In this document: positions 13,189 through 27,130 of the stretch, one piece after another
Layout: every line of letters starts with the position of its first letter
Position numbering within the stretch: the first letter of the stretch is position 1
NCBI GenBank assembly: GCA_951406725.2
Contig: OX597817.1
Location: 23,436,001-23,500,000 of the forward strand
Source of the DNA: Octopus vulgaris
Taxonomy: Eukaryota
Direction: 5' to 3'
Length of the DNA: 64,000 nt
The notes under the pieces: model-generated
Database searches by the model: none
What the model saw: the letters and a program-made list of their open reading frames with translations, nothing else
What the model was told of the DNA's origin: nothing
Position numbers and translations under genes: made by a program

Positions 13189-13680
13189 AAATAGGGAAAT
13201 AGGGAACATTAGAAGGGTATATATTAATGGAATGACGACATAGAGGAAGGAAGCAAGGGAATAAGAAGATGAAGTAAGAGAGAAGAAAAAGTATCATAAA
13301 CGTTCATAGTTCAAATTTCCGATATTGGGGAAACAAGGGCATAAATCCTTAGGTGCATTCCTGCGTAGATCAAATGAGTTAAAATCCTGATATAGAAAAC
13401 ATCAAGAGGATAAAGATGACAATATCCCATACTCGGAGCTATCCCACATTTGTAAGGCTTTGAATTGTTTTCCAATAATAATAATGTATATGACTTGAAA
13501 TGTTTGCTTTGCCTTAATGTTCGTTGCCTCTTTAAAGATGATGTATCCGCTGCATCGGAAATTTGCAATGGCTCCACAACTACCGTTTCGGCTATAACCC
13601 TGCAGCCCTTGCAATCCGTTACAGCACTTACCTAGCGTACCTAATCGTTTAGTTCACCTGTGAACTAAACCCCGATAATT

Positions 13681-13714
<34 letters not shown>

Positions 13715-13789
13715 AATATTAGGGAGTAAATCCAAACTTACAGGATTTACAGGATTAGATTTAGGATTAAATCCAATTTTATAGTATAA

Positions 13790-13986
13790 ATATATATTAT
13801 ATGAAATTAGAGATAAAACGACTATTAGGTAAATCAAACAGTAAAAATTATAAGCCAATTCATAGAAAAAAATTATTATTTTTTAATATATTTTTTAATT
13901 AATTTTTTTTCTATGTATTGGCTTATGATTTCACTGTTTGATTTGCCTAATAGTGGTTTTATCTCTAATTTAATATAATATATATA
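13790..13986. repeat. AT-rich foldback (~85-bp arms, ~25-bp spacer)
   Basis: 13790-13875 is the reverse complement of 13900-13986 with a few mismatches. Confidence 0.9.
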
Positions 13987-14789
13987 TATACATGCGTAAA
14001 AATACTGAAAGAACCAAGTGAATGCACACGAGTAAATTTGTTTTAAAAGAAAAGAAGGGCTTTGGGAACTTAATAATGAAAAATTGAGGAAAATAATTAC
14101 ACTTCTATTGAATTAAGCTACCGGTTTCAATGCTAAAGTTAGTATAGCTACTTACTAAGAAAATGGGAAAATAAATTGAATTAAATTATTATGATCTTTC
14201 ATGATAGCAGTTTGGAAATATCCAATTGTTTTCTTTTAATGATCCCTTAGTAGTGGCTGTCTGTTTCTCAATGATGGCTGATTGACCTTATTACTAATAA
14301 TAATAGTTTAAGTCATGGAAATACTGTCTTGCTTCTTCGTGTAGCTAGATGGTATCTGCTTAGGAAATGTCGCAACAGAAGTAATAACAGTAATGTTTGC
14401 ACCAATGGTAGTCGTTGTGGGAGTGCCCGTATCATCTTCATTCGTAGTTGCGTCAGTACGAGTTTTAGCAGGAGTTTTAGAATTAGAGGTGGAAATAGTA
14501 GAACCCCTAACGTGGCGCTCCACCGCTACTACAGGTGTGAGTAATGAACGTATCAGTAGTAGCCGCTCTTGTGTTTGCACTAGGGGAAGCAATAATAATG
14601 TTAGCATTAAATGTAGTACTCTTTCCTCTCCGACGGTTTTGAGAAGGGATGTTGTTTCGTTATAAATTAGCATATAGATATACTTATATATTATGCATAT
14701 ATACATGTATAGCTATGTAAATAAGCGTATGTATGCACACAAATATATATTTATAGGTAGATAGTTTGGTGCATGTGTGTGTATGTGTA

Positions 14790-14796
<7 letters not shown>

Positions 14797-14834
<38 letters not shown>

Positions 14835-14835
14835 G

Positions 14836-14922
<87 letters not shown>
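14797..14922. repeat. (TA)n microsatellite
   Basis: Read directly. Confidence 0.95.
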
Positions 14923-16169
14923 GGATACATGTGTATATATTGATGTGTCGAATTGGTAGAATGTGTCGAGTAGAATGTGTCGAGTATTTTTTCCGACTCT
15001 TTGTGGAATGAGTTTCGATTCACACAGAGTCAACCTTGCATTTCAAACATTCGGTGTCGGTTAGACTGACAAAACAAGGTCTGCGGACGCGTAGCAGCTT
15101 TGTGAACGATTGTATTAGATGTGTTGGTAAATATATTTTCCTGCTCAATGCATTTATAAATCAACGCTCCGACCACAGTCATAATAATACGCATTAATTC
15201 CCATGAGTGCTCTTCCCCTCGAATGAACATCGGCGTCTGTTATATAGAAACCTTACAATCATGGTCCACTACCAGCCCTCTTTAAATAAGGAAGCATAGA
15301 AATGTGCACACACATGTCAAGTGAATATTGGCAGTATCTACGTATCTTTGTATATGGGTGTAACTTTATAAATGCATGTATAATAATAATATATGAGTAT
15401 ATGTCTGTGTGGATGTGTGTATGCTGTCGCAATAAATACCCACATCTCTTAATTTTGTACTGTACAGGGAATAAGTAATAGACGTGTTTGGGTTTTAATG
15501 TGAACTTATCAGCGCATAGTATACTTGAGTGTATAATCTATAGTAATGTTGGTTTAATTGCAGTGTCACAAAATGATTGAATGATCAGTTCTCCTGAATA
15601 ACATGTACTTTTAAAGATACTGAGGCTTCTCAAACTGGTTTATTTCTCAAGAGAAATACGGCAAAAAATACAATGTGGACTTTCTTGTTGCAATTTGTCA
15701 ATCGCTTTGTAGTTTATAAATTCGTTGGTTTTGAATGTTTTTGTGGTTATATCCTGGCTGTTTTTGTGAGGAATTTGTTTTTTGTTGTTTGCAATATTGA
15801 TGGTGTTGCTGGTGATGATGATGATGCTAATGATGCTGATATGACTTACATTGCTAGTGTTGGTGTTGGTGGTGGTGGCGCTATTATTGCATTGCTGCCA
15901 AATGTCTTCCAAATTTGAACCACCAACTGCGTTTTGTTACCATACTTTGTTTTTATTTCCATTCCTTTCTATTGGTCAGTTGCTGTCCTTTGAGGTTTTC
16001 CACTAACCTTTTACCATCTGCTTGTCTGTATGGTCCGAGGTGGTATGGAGCTTGTTTTGTGGATATATGGGTTGTTTATTGTTTTTTTTTTTATATTCTT
16101 ATTATTGTTTTGAGGCTTTTTTTGTTGCTGTGATGTAGTCGTTCATGAGGTCGATATTTCATTATTATG

Positions 16170-16320
16170 CTTCAAGTATTCGACTGCAGCCATATTGGAG
16201 AATCATCTTTCGAAAAGCAATTCGAAGGAATACTTATTCTTTACAACTTGGTACTTTTTCTATTGTTGCACCTGGCCGAACTGCTAAGGAACTACGCAAT
16301 CAACTGCATGTATCCACAAC
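16170..16320 (-). mobile_element. SINE family B 3' fragment, diverged
   Basis: gactgcagccat...cttattcttt...gccgaactgctaag is the reverse complement of the family B 3' part. Confidence 0.55.
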
Positions 16321-17224
16321 AGGAAAATATTAGTGGGATTGGCTAAAGAAAGACACACTGGAAAAGGTGACTGCGAGCACTATACTGGCAGCGCAAGACC
16401 AACCATTGGTAACAAATTGGTGGTCAGTCTTAGGAATAAGCAAGTTTACATCGGAAACTCCGCTAAAAATGGGGCTAGAGAGAGGCAAGATGTGGGACAA
16501 ACAGAAATCCGGCGTGATTTCTCTATCCAAACTGATCAGGTGCTTGAACATAACAGCCTAGACCAAGTAGTTTTAAATAATTTTATTGTCTTTTAAACAG
16601 TTTGATTAGCTTTAAACATAGCTATATTTATAATAGTAGTTTATTACAAGTACATTTATTAGTTCCTATTTTATGAAATCTAAGTGTATATTAGTCACTG
16701 GTAATCTAATATTATATCTTATAGTAATGATATATTAATGAGCATGTAGTGTTTTATTATGAACTTTTGAATGATAAAATAATGTATTTCACTCATAAAA
16801 ATATTAGTTGAATTAATTTAAATCGTGTTTTGTTTTGCCAAAAAAATTATATTGAACTTTCATTATAGTAGTATCTATGGAAGACCGGTGGGATTATTAT
16901 TTATATGAACTTAAAAATGGATCGCAATTTAGTATATAATTTAGTTACTGTAGTTTACTATAAATACCGATACAATGTAGATTGGTTTCAATGTCTCTTG
17001 TAGTTTTAATAAGGTTAATGTTTAATCCCGCCTATATGTTGTTTGATTGAAATAATGTGGTTTCGTAAACTTTACTTCTATATTGCACTACGGAAGACGG
17101 TAGGGATTATATGATGGAGGTATATTTGATCGTTGGTATGGCTGTTTTTATATATGTGGATTAGTATTCTTGGATTGTTGGTATGGCTGTGGAATAGTAT
17201 TATAACGCATGCTTTTGATATATA

Positions 17225-17460
17225 CAACCCTCTTAAGTACGTAATAGCCTGGCTATGGAAAATGAAGAAGGTGAAGATAGTCCCACTTATTGTTGGGTCC
17301 TTGGGGAACAGTATCAGAAGGCATCAAGATGAATATAAAGAAAATCGAGATAGAGTTACCGTTAGAAATATTAGAAAAGATTTGCATCCTTGCCACGGCT
17401 AGAATAATCATGGAAGCATTAGACTCCAGGAGTTACAACGAAACCTGGGATGAAAGGAAT
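17225..17460 (+). mobile_element. R4/Dong-like non-LTR retrotransposon 3' fragment
   Basis: IAWLWKMKKVKIVPLIVGSLG...TARII C-terminal RLE signature, followed by an AAT/GAT microsatellite. Confidence 0.7.
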
Positions 17461-17465
17461 AAATC

Positions 17466-17595
17466 ATAATGACGACGATTATAATGCGGATGATGCGGAT
17501 GATGCGGATGATGATGATGATCATCATCATCATCATCATTATCATCATCATCATGACGATGACGATGATGATGATAATGATGATGATGATGATGA
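17466..17595. repeat. (GAT)/(ATC) compound microsatellite
   Basis: Read directly. Confidence 0.9.
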
Positions 17596-17689
17596 ATGGC
17601 TTAATTGGTGATTGTAAGGTGCTGTCACAAAAAAAGGTAAAAGACAAGTCACGATAACATCACCAGATTGGTTCACTGGAAGCTCTACC

Positions 17690-18260
17690 TTATGCAGAAG
17701 TGAGTTATGGTACGAGCACCAACCGAAAAGGGTTGCAGGAAACGAACAATATAAGATCACGTGGCAAATGAACGTATAGTGCAACCGTTTTATTGTGGGT
17801 TAGAAAAACTGACAATGTAGTCGTAGAAAAGAACAAAGCAATTATTGTGGGTATTATTGCAAAGCAATTATTGTCGGACCACAGGGTAAATGAGTTGAAA
17901 ATTGAAAAAGTGGAGAAATATCTGAGTTTCGTAATTAGGAAACTATTTGAAAAAGTAGTGAAATATCTGAGTTTCGTAATTAGGAAACTATAGAGAATCA
18001 GGCACGTAGAAGTGGTACCGATTATTTTTGGATCACTGGGAGCAGTTAGGAAAAGGTAGGATTCAAGGATTTAGAACCTAGGAATTACCATTAGAATAGC
18101 GTTGTTGCAGAAAACAACCTCGTTAGAGAAGCAAGGTTTCTAAAGAGTTTGTTAGAAAGTTGAAGGTGAAGTAATTACCCTAAAGGTCTTTGGCCATTGG
18201 ATATAGCACGCTCTTTTGGTATAGAATCGGTATAATATTGGCCAGAGCAAATAATAACAA
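17690..18260 (+). mobile_element. R4/Dong-like RLE domain fragment
   Basis: WYEHQPKRV, RKTDNVVVEK (RPD-like), EKVEKY, VEVVPIIFGSLG, LQKTT; contains a ~45-bp internal tandem duplication at 17903-17990. Confidence 0.75.
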
Positions 18261-20379
18261 GCCATCTATTTGCCACGATGCCAACGATGAACAGGAGATT
18301 ATAAAGACAAATTACACAAATGAAGGATGTTTTGGTGAGATGAAATGAGATAAAGAAACTATATGAAACAGAAGGGAAATGAACCAGACATTATATGAAG
18401 GAAGATATAAATATCAAGCATGGAATCCTCACAGCTTCATGCTTAATGTTACTAGATAATCTTTACTTGATTAATCTGAACATTCTTCCCCACCCCTGTG
18501 TTCATCAGCCTACATGTACAAACGGAATGAAGGTACATACATTTGGGCCGTCCATTAAATTTTTTGCCCACAGCTTCATCACCAAATATTGTTTGAAGAA
18601 GTGGGCGACTTTTAAAGCTGACGATGAGCGAATCGTTCTTGAATATTTCGAATCCTATTCTTTATGCATCCTGCTCCGACTTTCATAATAAACATATGGC
18701 ACGAAGACAACATTCTCAGAAAAAGAGGGTTGCATGACGATCCATCTAATTTGGCTTAATGATACGTACATCCGTTGTAAATGCAACGACAATTGATTGA
18801 CATAACATTACAAGTCAGGAAACCTTCGGCACGAAATATCTGCTTGAAATACGTTATGGCGCTCACTCTGTGCCTATCTCGGAAAAAATCGTGGATATGT
18901 ACCATGTTAGTGCACAAGGTTATGTAATTTTGCTTTTTGTAATGTCTCATTACCCAAGGATCAATACTATCCAGAATAACCTGCTTGGTTTCTCCTCATC
19001 CATATATTTAGTCTCACTAAGAATGTCGTTGCTGTTGACTAGGATTACATATCTAAACTTTACAACTTACAGTCGACTGTAATACATGAAATGCTGAAAA
19101 GTGTGAGTTGCTGACAAATTTTCAGGTGTTAGAAAAACAATGTTAATTTTGATATGAGAGTATGTCAGCTAAGTCCAAATAATGATTCCTGAAACTGGGT
19201 GCCTATAGAGCGGTTGAGACCTGTGAACAAACACCATCGTGAGAACTTAGAAGATAATGCAAACTGTACTTCATAAGACAACATATCAAGCTCTTGGTTG
19301 TGGGGTTTGTTGACAGTTGAAATTTTCGAACAACAGAGCACAGCTAAACAATAAGTAAAAGAGCGAATGTTACAATTTGATTTTAGTTAACATTCATTGA
19401 CATCGCAGTAATTGATAAGTATTTCAGAAGTATTTTGGTGTCATGTGTATTATTGCCATTATTATTTCTCATGAAAAAATATTGTTTTCCTATATTTCTC
19501 ATTCTAAAAGGAAGAATGATTATTATGTTGGAAAGAAAGAAAATTAGGCACAAAACAAATTTCAACAGATCTTATGATTATATCTTTGCATAATAATATT
19601 TTGCTTGAGTTATCTGATAACCGACTGTTAGTAATATGATTGCTTGTGATTTGAATCTAGTTTGATTTGCTTAATAATTTCTGCTGGGAGATGTAATAAT
19701 CATCGTGTCGGTTCACAGAATCATAGATATCTATATTGCTAGCATTGCAGTATATGACATGTTAAGCTATACTAATGTGATACGCACACACGTAAGCACG
19801 CACACATGTATATGAGTAGATCTGTGCCCCGGTCTGAGTATCTGTCTGTCTGCCTGTCTGCCTGTATGCATTTATGTATGTATGTGTGTGTGTATGTATG
19901 TACGTACGTGGTGTGAGTTTGCGACTATGAATATGTTTATAACTACAAAGCTATGTCAAATGTTTAAGAAATTCGCTTTTCATTCAACTGGGCTCTGCTT
20001 CGATCTCACATTGCGATACGTTGGACAAATTTCTTTTACCATAATTTAGTCTCGATCCAGTCACTATATACAAAACTGGATAACAAATATGCTTGATGGA
20101 AATGATGTGGATGGTCGTCGGCAGGAGTGCCAGTATTTCGAAAGAAACTGTGTGTTGAGTCGTGATGATTCTGTTTGTTGATTACCTGAAAGATATTCAG
20201 TTTTCTAGAATAATCGGCCACTTTGAATGTACGGGACATAATCCAAATATAACGTTGAAAGCATGTTGCGAATGGTATACAATGGTATCTAACTCGGAGC
20301 GATAACGTGGTTGTGAAGCAAGCTACGTAACCGCACAACCATACTAGTATGGACATCAGAAACAGAGAAAACAAATAAA

Positions 20380-20860
20380 AACCTGTCAAAGTTCACAGGA
20401 TTTGAGACTGTCCAGAAGGATCTTAAATCCACTAAAACTAGTTGGACAATGACGAAATGGATTGTTGCAGATCGGTCATGCTTGAGGAAGATAATGTCTT
20501 ATATGTTTTCCAACACTGAAGAGCAGTATCTAAATCTAAGTTCCATTTATATCCATAGGTATTTGTGTATAACGATAAAATGTTACAGGTTACTATTTTT
20601 TTTTGTGTGTGGTCAGGAAAATGAGTTTCCGTCTCCAGTTGAAGATCTCGAGTAAAAACTGTGAAACTCATCAGGGCCATTTTTCTTTCCGGACCCAGCA
20701 GAATACACAACGTTCAACTCCAACAACTACGTTTCATGGCATGTTTACCCGAAACTGTGTATAACTACAATTTATACTGCAATGAACTTGGTTCCTTCTC
20801 AAATTTGATTATCAAATATTACATCTCTAATAGATGTGAATGCACTCAGTTCTCAACATC
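20380..20860 (-). pseudogene. Highly degenerate Penelope-like RT fragment
   Basis: KIVTCNILSLYTN resembles the PLE motif (LVTFDVxSLYTNI), with ordered CILLGP and ALQCW segments; many stops. Confidence 0.4.
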
Positions 20861-21084
20861 TTTTTAAAATAATGCTCCGTTAATATATTCTATTTTATTG
20901 AGAAAACTGAAACACTAAAGTACATTTTATTACACTTCTATTTGTGAAAGAACTAAGCAGCATCAAATGTCCAAAGCATTTAAATATCTAGTCAACGATA
21001 TACCTACTTTTAAGCATTTTATATTCCTCATTCCGTGCATAAACAACATATAACTGAATTTGACAATAATAATATTATTCGTCT

Positions 21085-21260
21085 CTTATTCGTTTCAATC
21101 AATTGGCTCTGACCATGCTGGGATACCGTCATGAACAGATTTTAATCGAACAAATCGATTCCGGTATTTATTTTACTGTTCTCCTGTGCCGAAATACTAG
21201 TTTACGGGGATGTAAACAAGTAAAAAGTGTTCGTCAAGCGGTGCTGGGCGACAAATATTA
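21085..21260 (-). mobile_element. SINE family B 3' fragment, diverged
   Basis: gaccatgctggg...gccgaaatactagtttacggggatgtaaac...gtcaagcggtg is the reverse complement of family B. Confidence 0.65.
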
Positions 21261-21286
21261 AACTCCACCTTCTCTCTCTCTCACAA

Positions 21287-21320
<34 letters not shown>

Positions 21321-21519
21321 ACACACACATACACATATACAAACGAAAACACAGTCACCCCTCCGTCCCCAACCAATCTTTCAGGCTCATGCATTGAGCT
21401 TGGAGATACAAGGCAGGCAACATAATTCTGCTAAATAATCGTGTCTCTGTAACATGTAACTGTTATTATTCGTTCCTATTTAAATACTTTGGACATTAAA
21501 TTATATGCACAAATGTATA

Positions 21520-21785
21520 ATTAGCCATCTGGACAATGTTGTTTGCGGAACACCTGCAGCCGCCGCCCATGCATACCAATCTTCCTTCACCACACCAACG
21601 ATGTCGTCCAAGGGAAAGGAGAGACCAACACAGCTTGGCACCAGTGACGTCGAAACTCATTTTTACAGCTGAACTGAAGCAAGGTGAAATAGAGTGTCTA
21701 GATCAAGAACACAACCCAAAGCCTGCTCCGGGAGTCGAACTCACAAGCTCATAATTGTAAGCTCGACGCTCTAACTACAGCCATG
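21520..21785 (-). mobile_element. tRNA-derived SINE (family C)
   Basis: Minus-strand head atggctgtagttagagcg...gagttcgactcc (A and B boxes). Confidence 0.7.
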
Positions 21786-22022
21786 CACACACATCATGCA
21801 CGCGCACACGCACGCACCAACACACATACACACATGCATGCACACATACACGCATACACGCACGCACCAACACATACAGACACACGCACACATACACACA
21901 CATGCATGCACACACGCAGGCACCAACACACATACACACACACACACATGTACGCATACACGCACGCACCAACACATACACACACGCGCACACATACACA
22001 CACATGTGCGTGAGCACACACA
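21786..22022. repeat. CA-rich compound repeat with recurring gcaccaacacatac units
   Basis: Read directly. Confidence 0.85.
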
Positions 22023-22437
22023 AATATCAGTACGAGACATTGTTCCGCTTTCACACCAGGTTGCTAACTCTGTATCAATGCCATTTGTGGCTTTCCATCC
22101 ATGACCTCTAAAGTGATCTTTCAGTCTTGTTGGAGATCCCCATGGTTTGAAACAGAGGTGACTTTCACTGGATTGATATTGTCACTTTATGGGATACTAA
22201 TTTTGTGTTGCCGCAGTCTTCTTCTGTAAAATATAGTTACAATCAGTAGTAACGGAGAAATTGTAACTAACAGATGTATCATTCTTATTACTGGACAATT
22301 GTATATATACCATGGGTTGTCGTTTCCACAATCGACAATCCACTTCCCATATTCTTTCATTTCGTTATAAGCAATATTTTACATGTAAAATCCCATTCCC
22401 AAAAAATTACTTAAAGTAGAAATATCCATTAACATTA

Positions 22438-22890
22438 TAGGCGCAGGAGTGGGTGTGTAGTAAGTAGCTTGCTTACCAACCACATGGTTCCGGGTTTAGT
22501 CCCACTGCGTGGCACCTTGGGAAAGTGCTTTCTACTATAGCCTCGGGCCGACCAAAGCCTTGTGTGTGGATTTGGTAGACATAAATTGAAAGAAGCCTAT
22601 CGTATATATATATGTATATATATATATGTGTGTGTGTGTGTGTATGTGTTTGTGTGTATGTGTTTGTGTGTCTGTGTTGCCCCCCCCCCCCCCACATCGC
22701 TTGACAACCGATGGTGGCGTGTTTACATCCCCGTAACCTAGCGGTTCGGCAAAAGAGATCGATGAAATAAGTACTAGGCTTCCAAAACATAAGTCCTGGG
22801 GTAAATTTTCTCGACTAAAGGTGGTGCCCCAGCACAGCCGCATTCAAATGGCTGAAATAAATAGAAGAGTAAAAGATAAAAGATAAAAAC
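22438..22890 (+). mobile_element. SINE family B, full length
   Basis: Colinear with the 11271 and 35945 copies; (taaaaga)n tail. Confidence 0.9.
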
Positions 22891-24899
22891 TATACAATAA
22901 AAGTAATGAAATGATCCTTAAATCCTTAGATCCTTAAAAATGTTTTAGCCCGAAGGCCGCGGCCATGCTGGGGCACCACCGCTGTTCACAATAATTTAAT
23001 ATCTCCCTCCCTCTCACCCTCTGCTTGCATTCTCTCTCGCTCTCGCTCTCTCTCTCTCTCTCTCTGCATCTAGCTGAGTATCTCATTTAAAATTAAAATA
23101 TATTAGTACTGGCTAATACATATATTCAATTAAAGTAATAATCTGAACTCCATGCACAATTTGAAAAATCTACAGAAATTTATATAAATCAGTTGATACA
23201 GCATTTTCAGGAAATGACAATTCACACCACTATATGAACAGCAAATCTACATGTAATCAAGTCATCCAGTAAAATGCATTGTTTGCCTCATAGCATTTTT
23301 GCCATTGTAAATATAATGTGTTTCAAATAGATGTCGCTAAACTCTCTGCTTTAAGATTCGATTCTCATTCGACAGATAGAATTTCTATACAAATGAAATT
23401 AAATGGTAGACTATCCGAGCAACAGATTGTTCGTATAAATATTGTAAAAGCAACGGTACATAAGATTTTATTTGACAATACATCGGTGTCATAACGATTT
23501 TCCCTGTCCAGTCATTTTACAAACAGAAATACTGTTGTGCAAAGGATATAAAGGGACATTATTTACATTCAGTAAATCATAACAATTAAAGTAACTCTTT
23601 ACATCTCTTTTTTACAATACATACATTCCGCTGTTCACATATATTATATTATACTACCTGGAACCAACACTTCATTTACATGTGCATTTGGTAAAGCTTG
23701 TTGCAAATTATTTTGTCACTGACGTGTTATGGCTCTCTATATTTATATTATGTAACTACCAAGTTTTCGACTGGACAAGATCTACAACGATTTTGTGGAA
23801 CTTACAATAAAGCGTTCGTACATATATCACCATCATCATTACATATGTTATATTCTCTTCGTGCTCATACATTTGTTTCTATAAATCACCGATAAAGGGA
23901 AATATATATAGATATATACATACATATATACGTACATATACACAGACACAGACACACAGACACACTCACACACTCTCACACACCTATATATGCCTACATT
24001 GTTATAATGTATATCCTATACATGTGTGTGCGTGTGTATGTGGCTGTGTACGTGAATGTATGTGTGTCTGTGTTTGTGTTTACTATGCATCTCAGAACCT
24101 GGGTACATAAAAAATTATTTTGATCTTGAGAACAAAATTTCTTCCAGATATATCAATTTTGTAGACATACGATCTCACCAGGGATGTGAGAATAACATAT
24201 TTTCGATGAAAAATGTTTTGGCTCTGTTGGTGCTATCTGATTTATAAAGCAGTTGAGATGTGAGATCTTGGGTAAAATTACGAAAGATAACAATAAAAAT
24301 ATACTGCCCTCATTCTGCATTAAGATGGTCGATAGGAAGGTAATTTATATTATGTATATCCATTTTTACAGGAAAACATATATCCTCTATGCTAGGTTGT
24401 ATAAAATGTCTTTCAGGCGAAAGGGTAGAGAGAGAAATAGAGAAAGAGGCAGAGGTTGGTTTATGATAAAGTGATCTATTGCCAGTGTAAATTACGTAGA
24501 TTCTTGAAATATTGATACATATATAAACGTTTATTCGTGGATGCTGATATCTCATATCCCGGAACAAGTATGTACCCATCATGGAGGCAGATATAGTGTG
24601 TATACTAAAAAAATGTTTTTGTGCTTTGTTAAAATGTTTAAGCTTAAATATTGTTGTTTCAAATTGAAATTTAATTCACCACCCGGCAATTAAATAAACA
24701 CAACATAATTTTGAAATTCCACTTATAGAATTGCACATGAATGTGCTCAACCAGAAAATATCAATACTCAGGTAGAAGGCGATGAAATAAGATCTAATAA
24801 ATCAAAGTCTGAGTTGCATTAGATATTCATATACAATTTAAACTCCAAAATATAGCTCTACCCCACCATTCTATATCATAAGGTTGCTATTACTATTAT

Positions 24900-25295
24900 T
24901 AGTACTGTTATTATTATTTTCATATAGATGCAACAAATTAGACTGTTGGAAAAGGAAGAATCCCAACATAGGGCTATAACACGTAACATTACACGAAAGA
25001 ACCCTTCTAAGTATCCTAGCTGTCCCTAATAACATTGTTTTCTGGAGCTGTACTAAACTGTGGATTATGCTTTTTTTCCTCTATCTATCTGTTCAGATCT
25101 GTAAGGGTAGTTTCTAACGCAGCTATAAATACTGGGATACATTTTACCCACACTTTCCATAGTCTCTGTAATTCAATGGTTAGGTCCTGGTACAATACCT
25201 CTCATATGGCTAGGTTCTGGTTTCTATACCTCTGATATAGATTGTTTCGTCATTTGGGAGTATAAAGTCACTTATATGGCACTTTCTATTCTCTA
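24900..25295 (-). mobile_element. R4/Dong-like 3' end
   Basis: Minus translation LQKTMLLGTARILRRVL preceded by VIPVFIAAL-like RLE motifs; the 3' end abuts a TAA-like tract. Confidence 0.75.
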
Positions 25296-25590
<295 letters not shown>

Positions 25591-25599
25591 CTTTTAGTC

Positions 25600-26400
25600 T
25601 GTAAGTTTATTACAATCACTTGCCGAGATGCGCCCAAAGTCCTAAGGCGAATGAAGGATATGAGATGTTACACTACGACTGAAAACCTGGGGTTGAGGAA
25701 GTGCCAGGAGCAGTAGTGCAATATCTTCATGTAATACAACACAGATATTTAAATGGAAAGTTTGTTTGTTTTCCTAAGGACGCGTACATTATTTGTCAGT
25801 ACAATCATTTGGATTTCTCTGAGACATGGTTCTCCTGGTATTTTATCTAGATGTTTCTGACATCCCTTGTATAGTATACATAGAGCACCCACAATAATAG
25901 TAACATTTCTCGATTTAAGAAACCACATCTTTTGCATTTCAATTTCCAGGTCCATATATTTAGCTGTGTCAGATTCCTTTACGGATATAATATTATCAGT
26001 GATAACACTTACATCAATGATTCTACAAGTATTTTATTTTCTGTCTTTACAATCTCTGGTCGATTAGCCTGGATTTTTCTGTCGGTGTTGAGTGGAAAAT
26101 CCCAGAGGACAGTGATGTTTTTACCTTCAACGATTAGCTGAGGTTGATGTTCACACCAGTAAGCAGAAGTGCTGATTTTGCAGTGTCTACATATTTTCCA
26201 ATGTAAATACTGTCCGACGTTTTCTGGCGATATTTATATTTGTTCGGTGTCAACACATGACATCTCGAGACGAGATGATTTAGTGTTTCATTAAATTCAT
26301 TGCAGAATCTGGATTTAGGGTCAGAACAGTTTTGAAGAATGTTAGCCTGGTAGTCTTTGGAAAGCAAACTTTGATATTGTGCAGCTAATATTAAATCTTC
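25600..26400 (-). mobile_element. R4/Dong-like C-terminal fragment (CCHC + RLE)
   Basis: RFCNEFNETLNHLVSRC zinc knuckle, NRPEIV, DLEIEMQKMW...IIVGAL...EIQMIVL. Confidence 0.85.
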
Positions 26401-26429
26401 CGTTTAATATGAAAACTTCAAAGATTTTT

Positions 26430-27130
26430 AAACCTCCCTGCAACCAAAGAAATAGTGAGACAACGAATACAACTGAAGGCCGAACGGCTTAGAAGTTATG
26501 GCAAACTAATCAAATTTCATCGACATAACAAGATATTCAAGACGGATGCAAAGAAATTTTACAGGGAAATTGGCAAAATATGATAGAAGAAAACGGGTCT
26601 ACCTAAGACTAAGGAAATGGAAGAGTTCTGGAAGAAAATACGGAGCAACAAAAAAGAATATAATGCTCACTGGATAGAAGGTAAGAAAGTGAAACTAGAT
26701 GGAGTTGAAGAGCATAAACGGGATACAGTAGAAATAGAAGTGTTAAGATGCGTTCTTAGGAAGTCTCACAAATGGAAAACCTCAGGACTGGACCAAATTC
26801 GTAGTTTTTCACTAAATTGTCTGACATAAGTACACCAAAATTTTGCTGCATCTCTAACTGATGTCATCCAATACCCTAAGGAAATAACTCCAATGCTGAC
26901 CGAAGGAACAACATACCTTCTACCGAAAACCGAAGACACAAAAAATCCAAAGAACTACCGAACAATAACATGTTGGAAGAAGTTGAAGAGAAGAAATGGG
27001 AGGCAATAAAAATAGAAGATGTATTCTTAGGAAGTATCACAAATGGAAAATTCCAGGGCTGGAATGAATTCCTAAATTCTGACTAAATTGTCTGACAGAA
27101 GTACACCAAAATTTCGGTTCTATCTCTGAC
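26430..27130 (+). mobile_element. R4/Dong-like pre-RT/RT N-terminal fragment with internal duplication
   Basis: DAKKFYREI, EEFWKKI, KWKTSGLDQI, TEGTTYLLPK...KNYRTITC; 26970-27130 repeats 26700-26860. Confidence 0.85.

Noticed and set aside
14110-14150. GAAACCGGTA half-hammerhead on the minus strand
   Set aside because: 5' core absent; cannot be supported.
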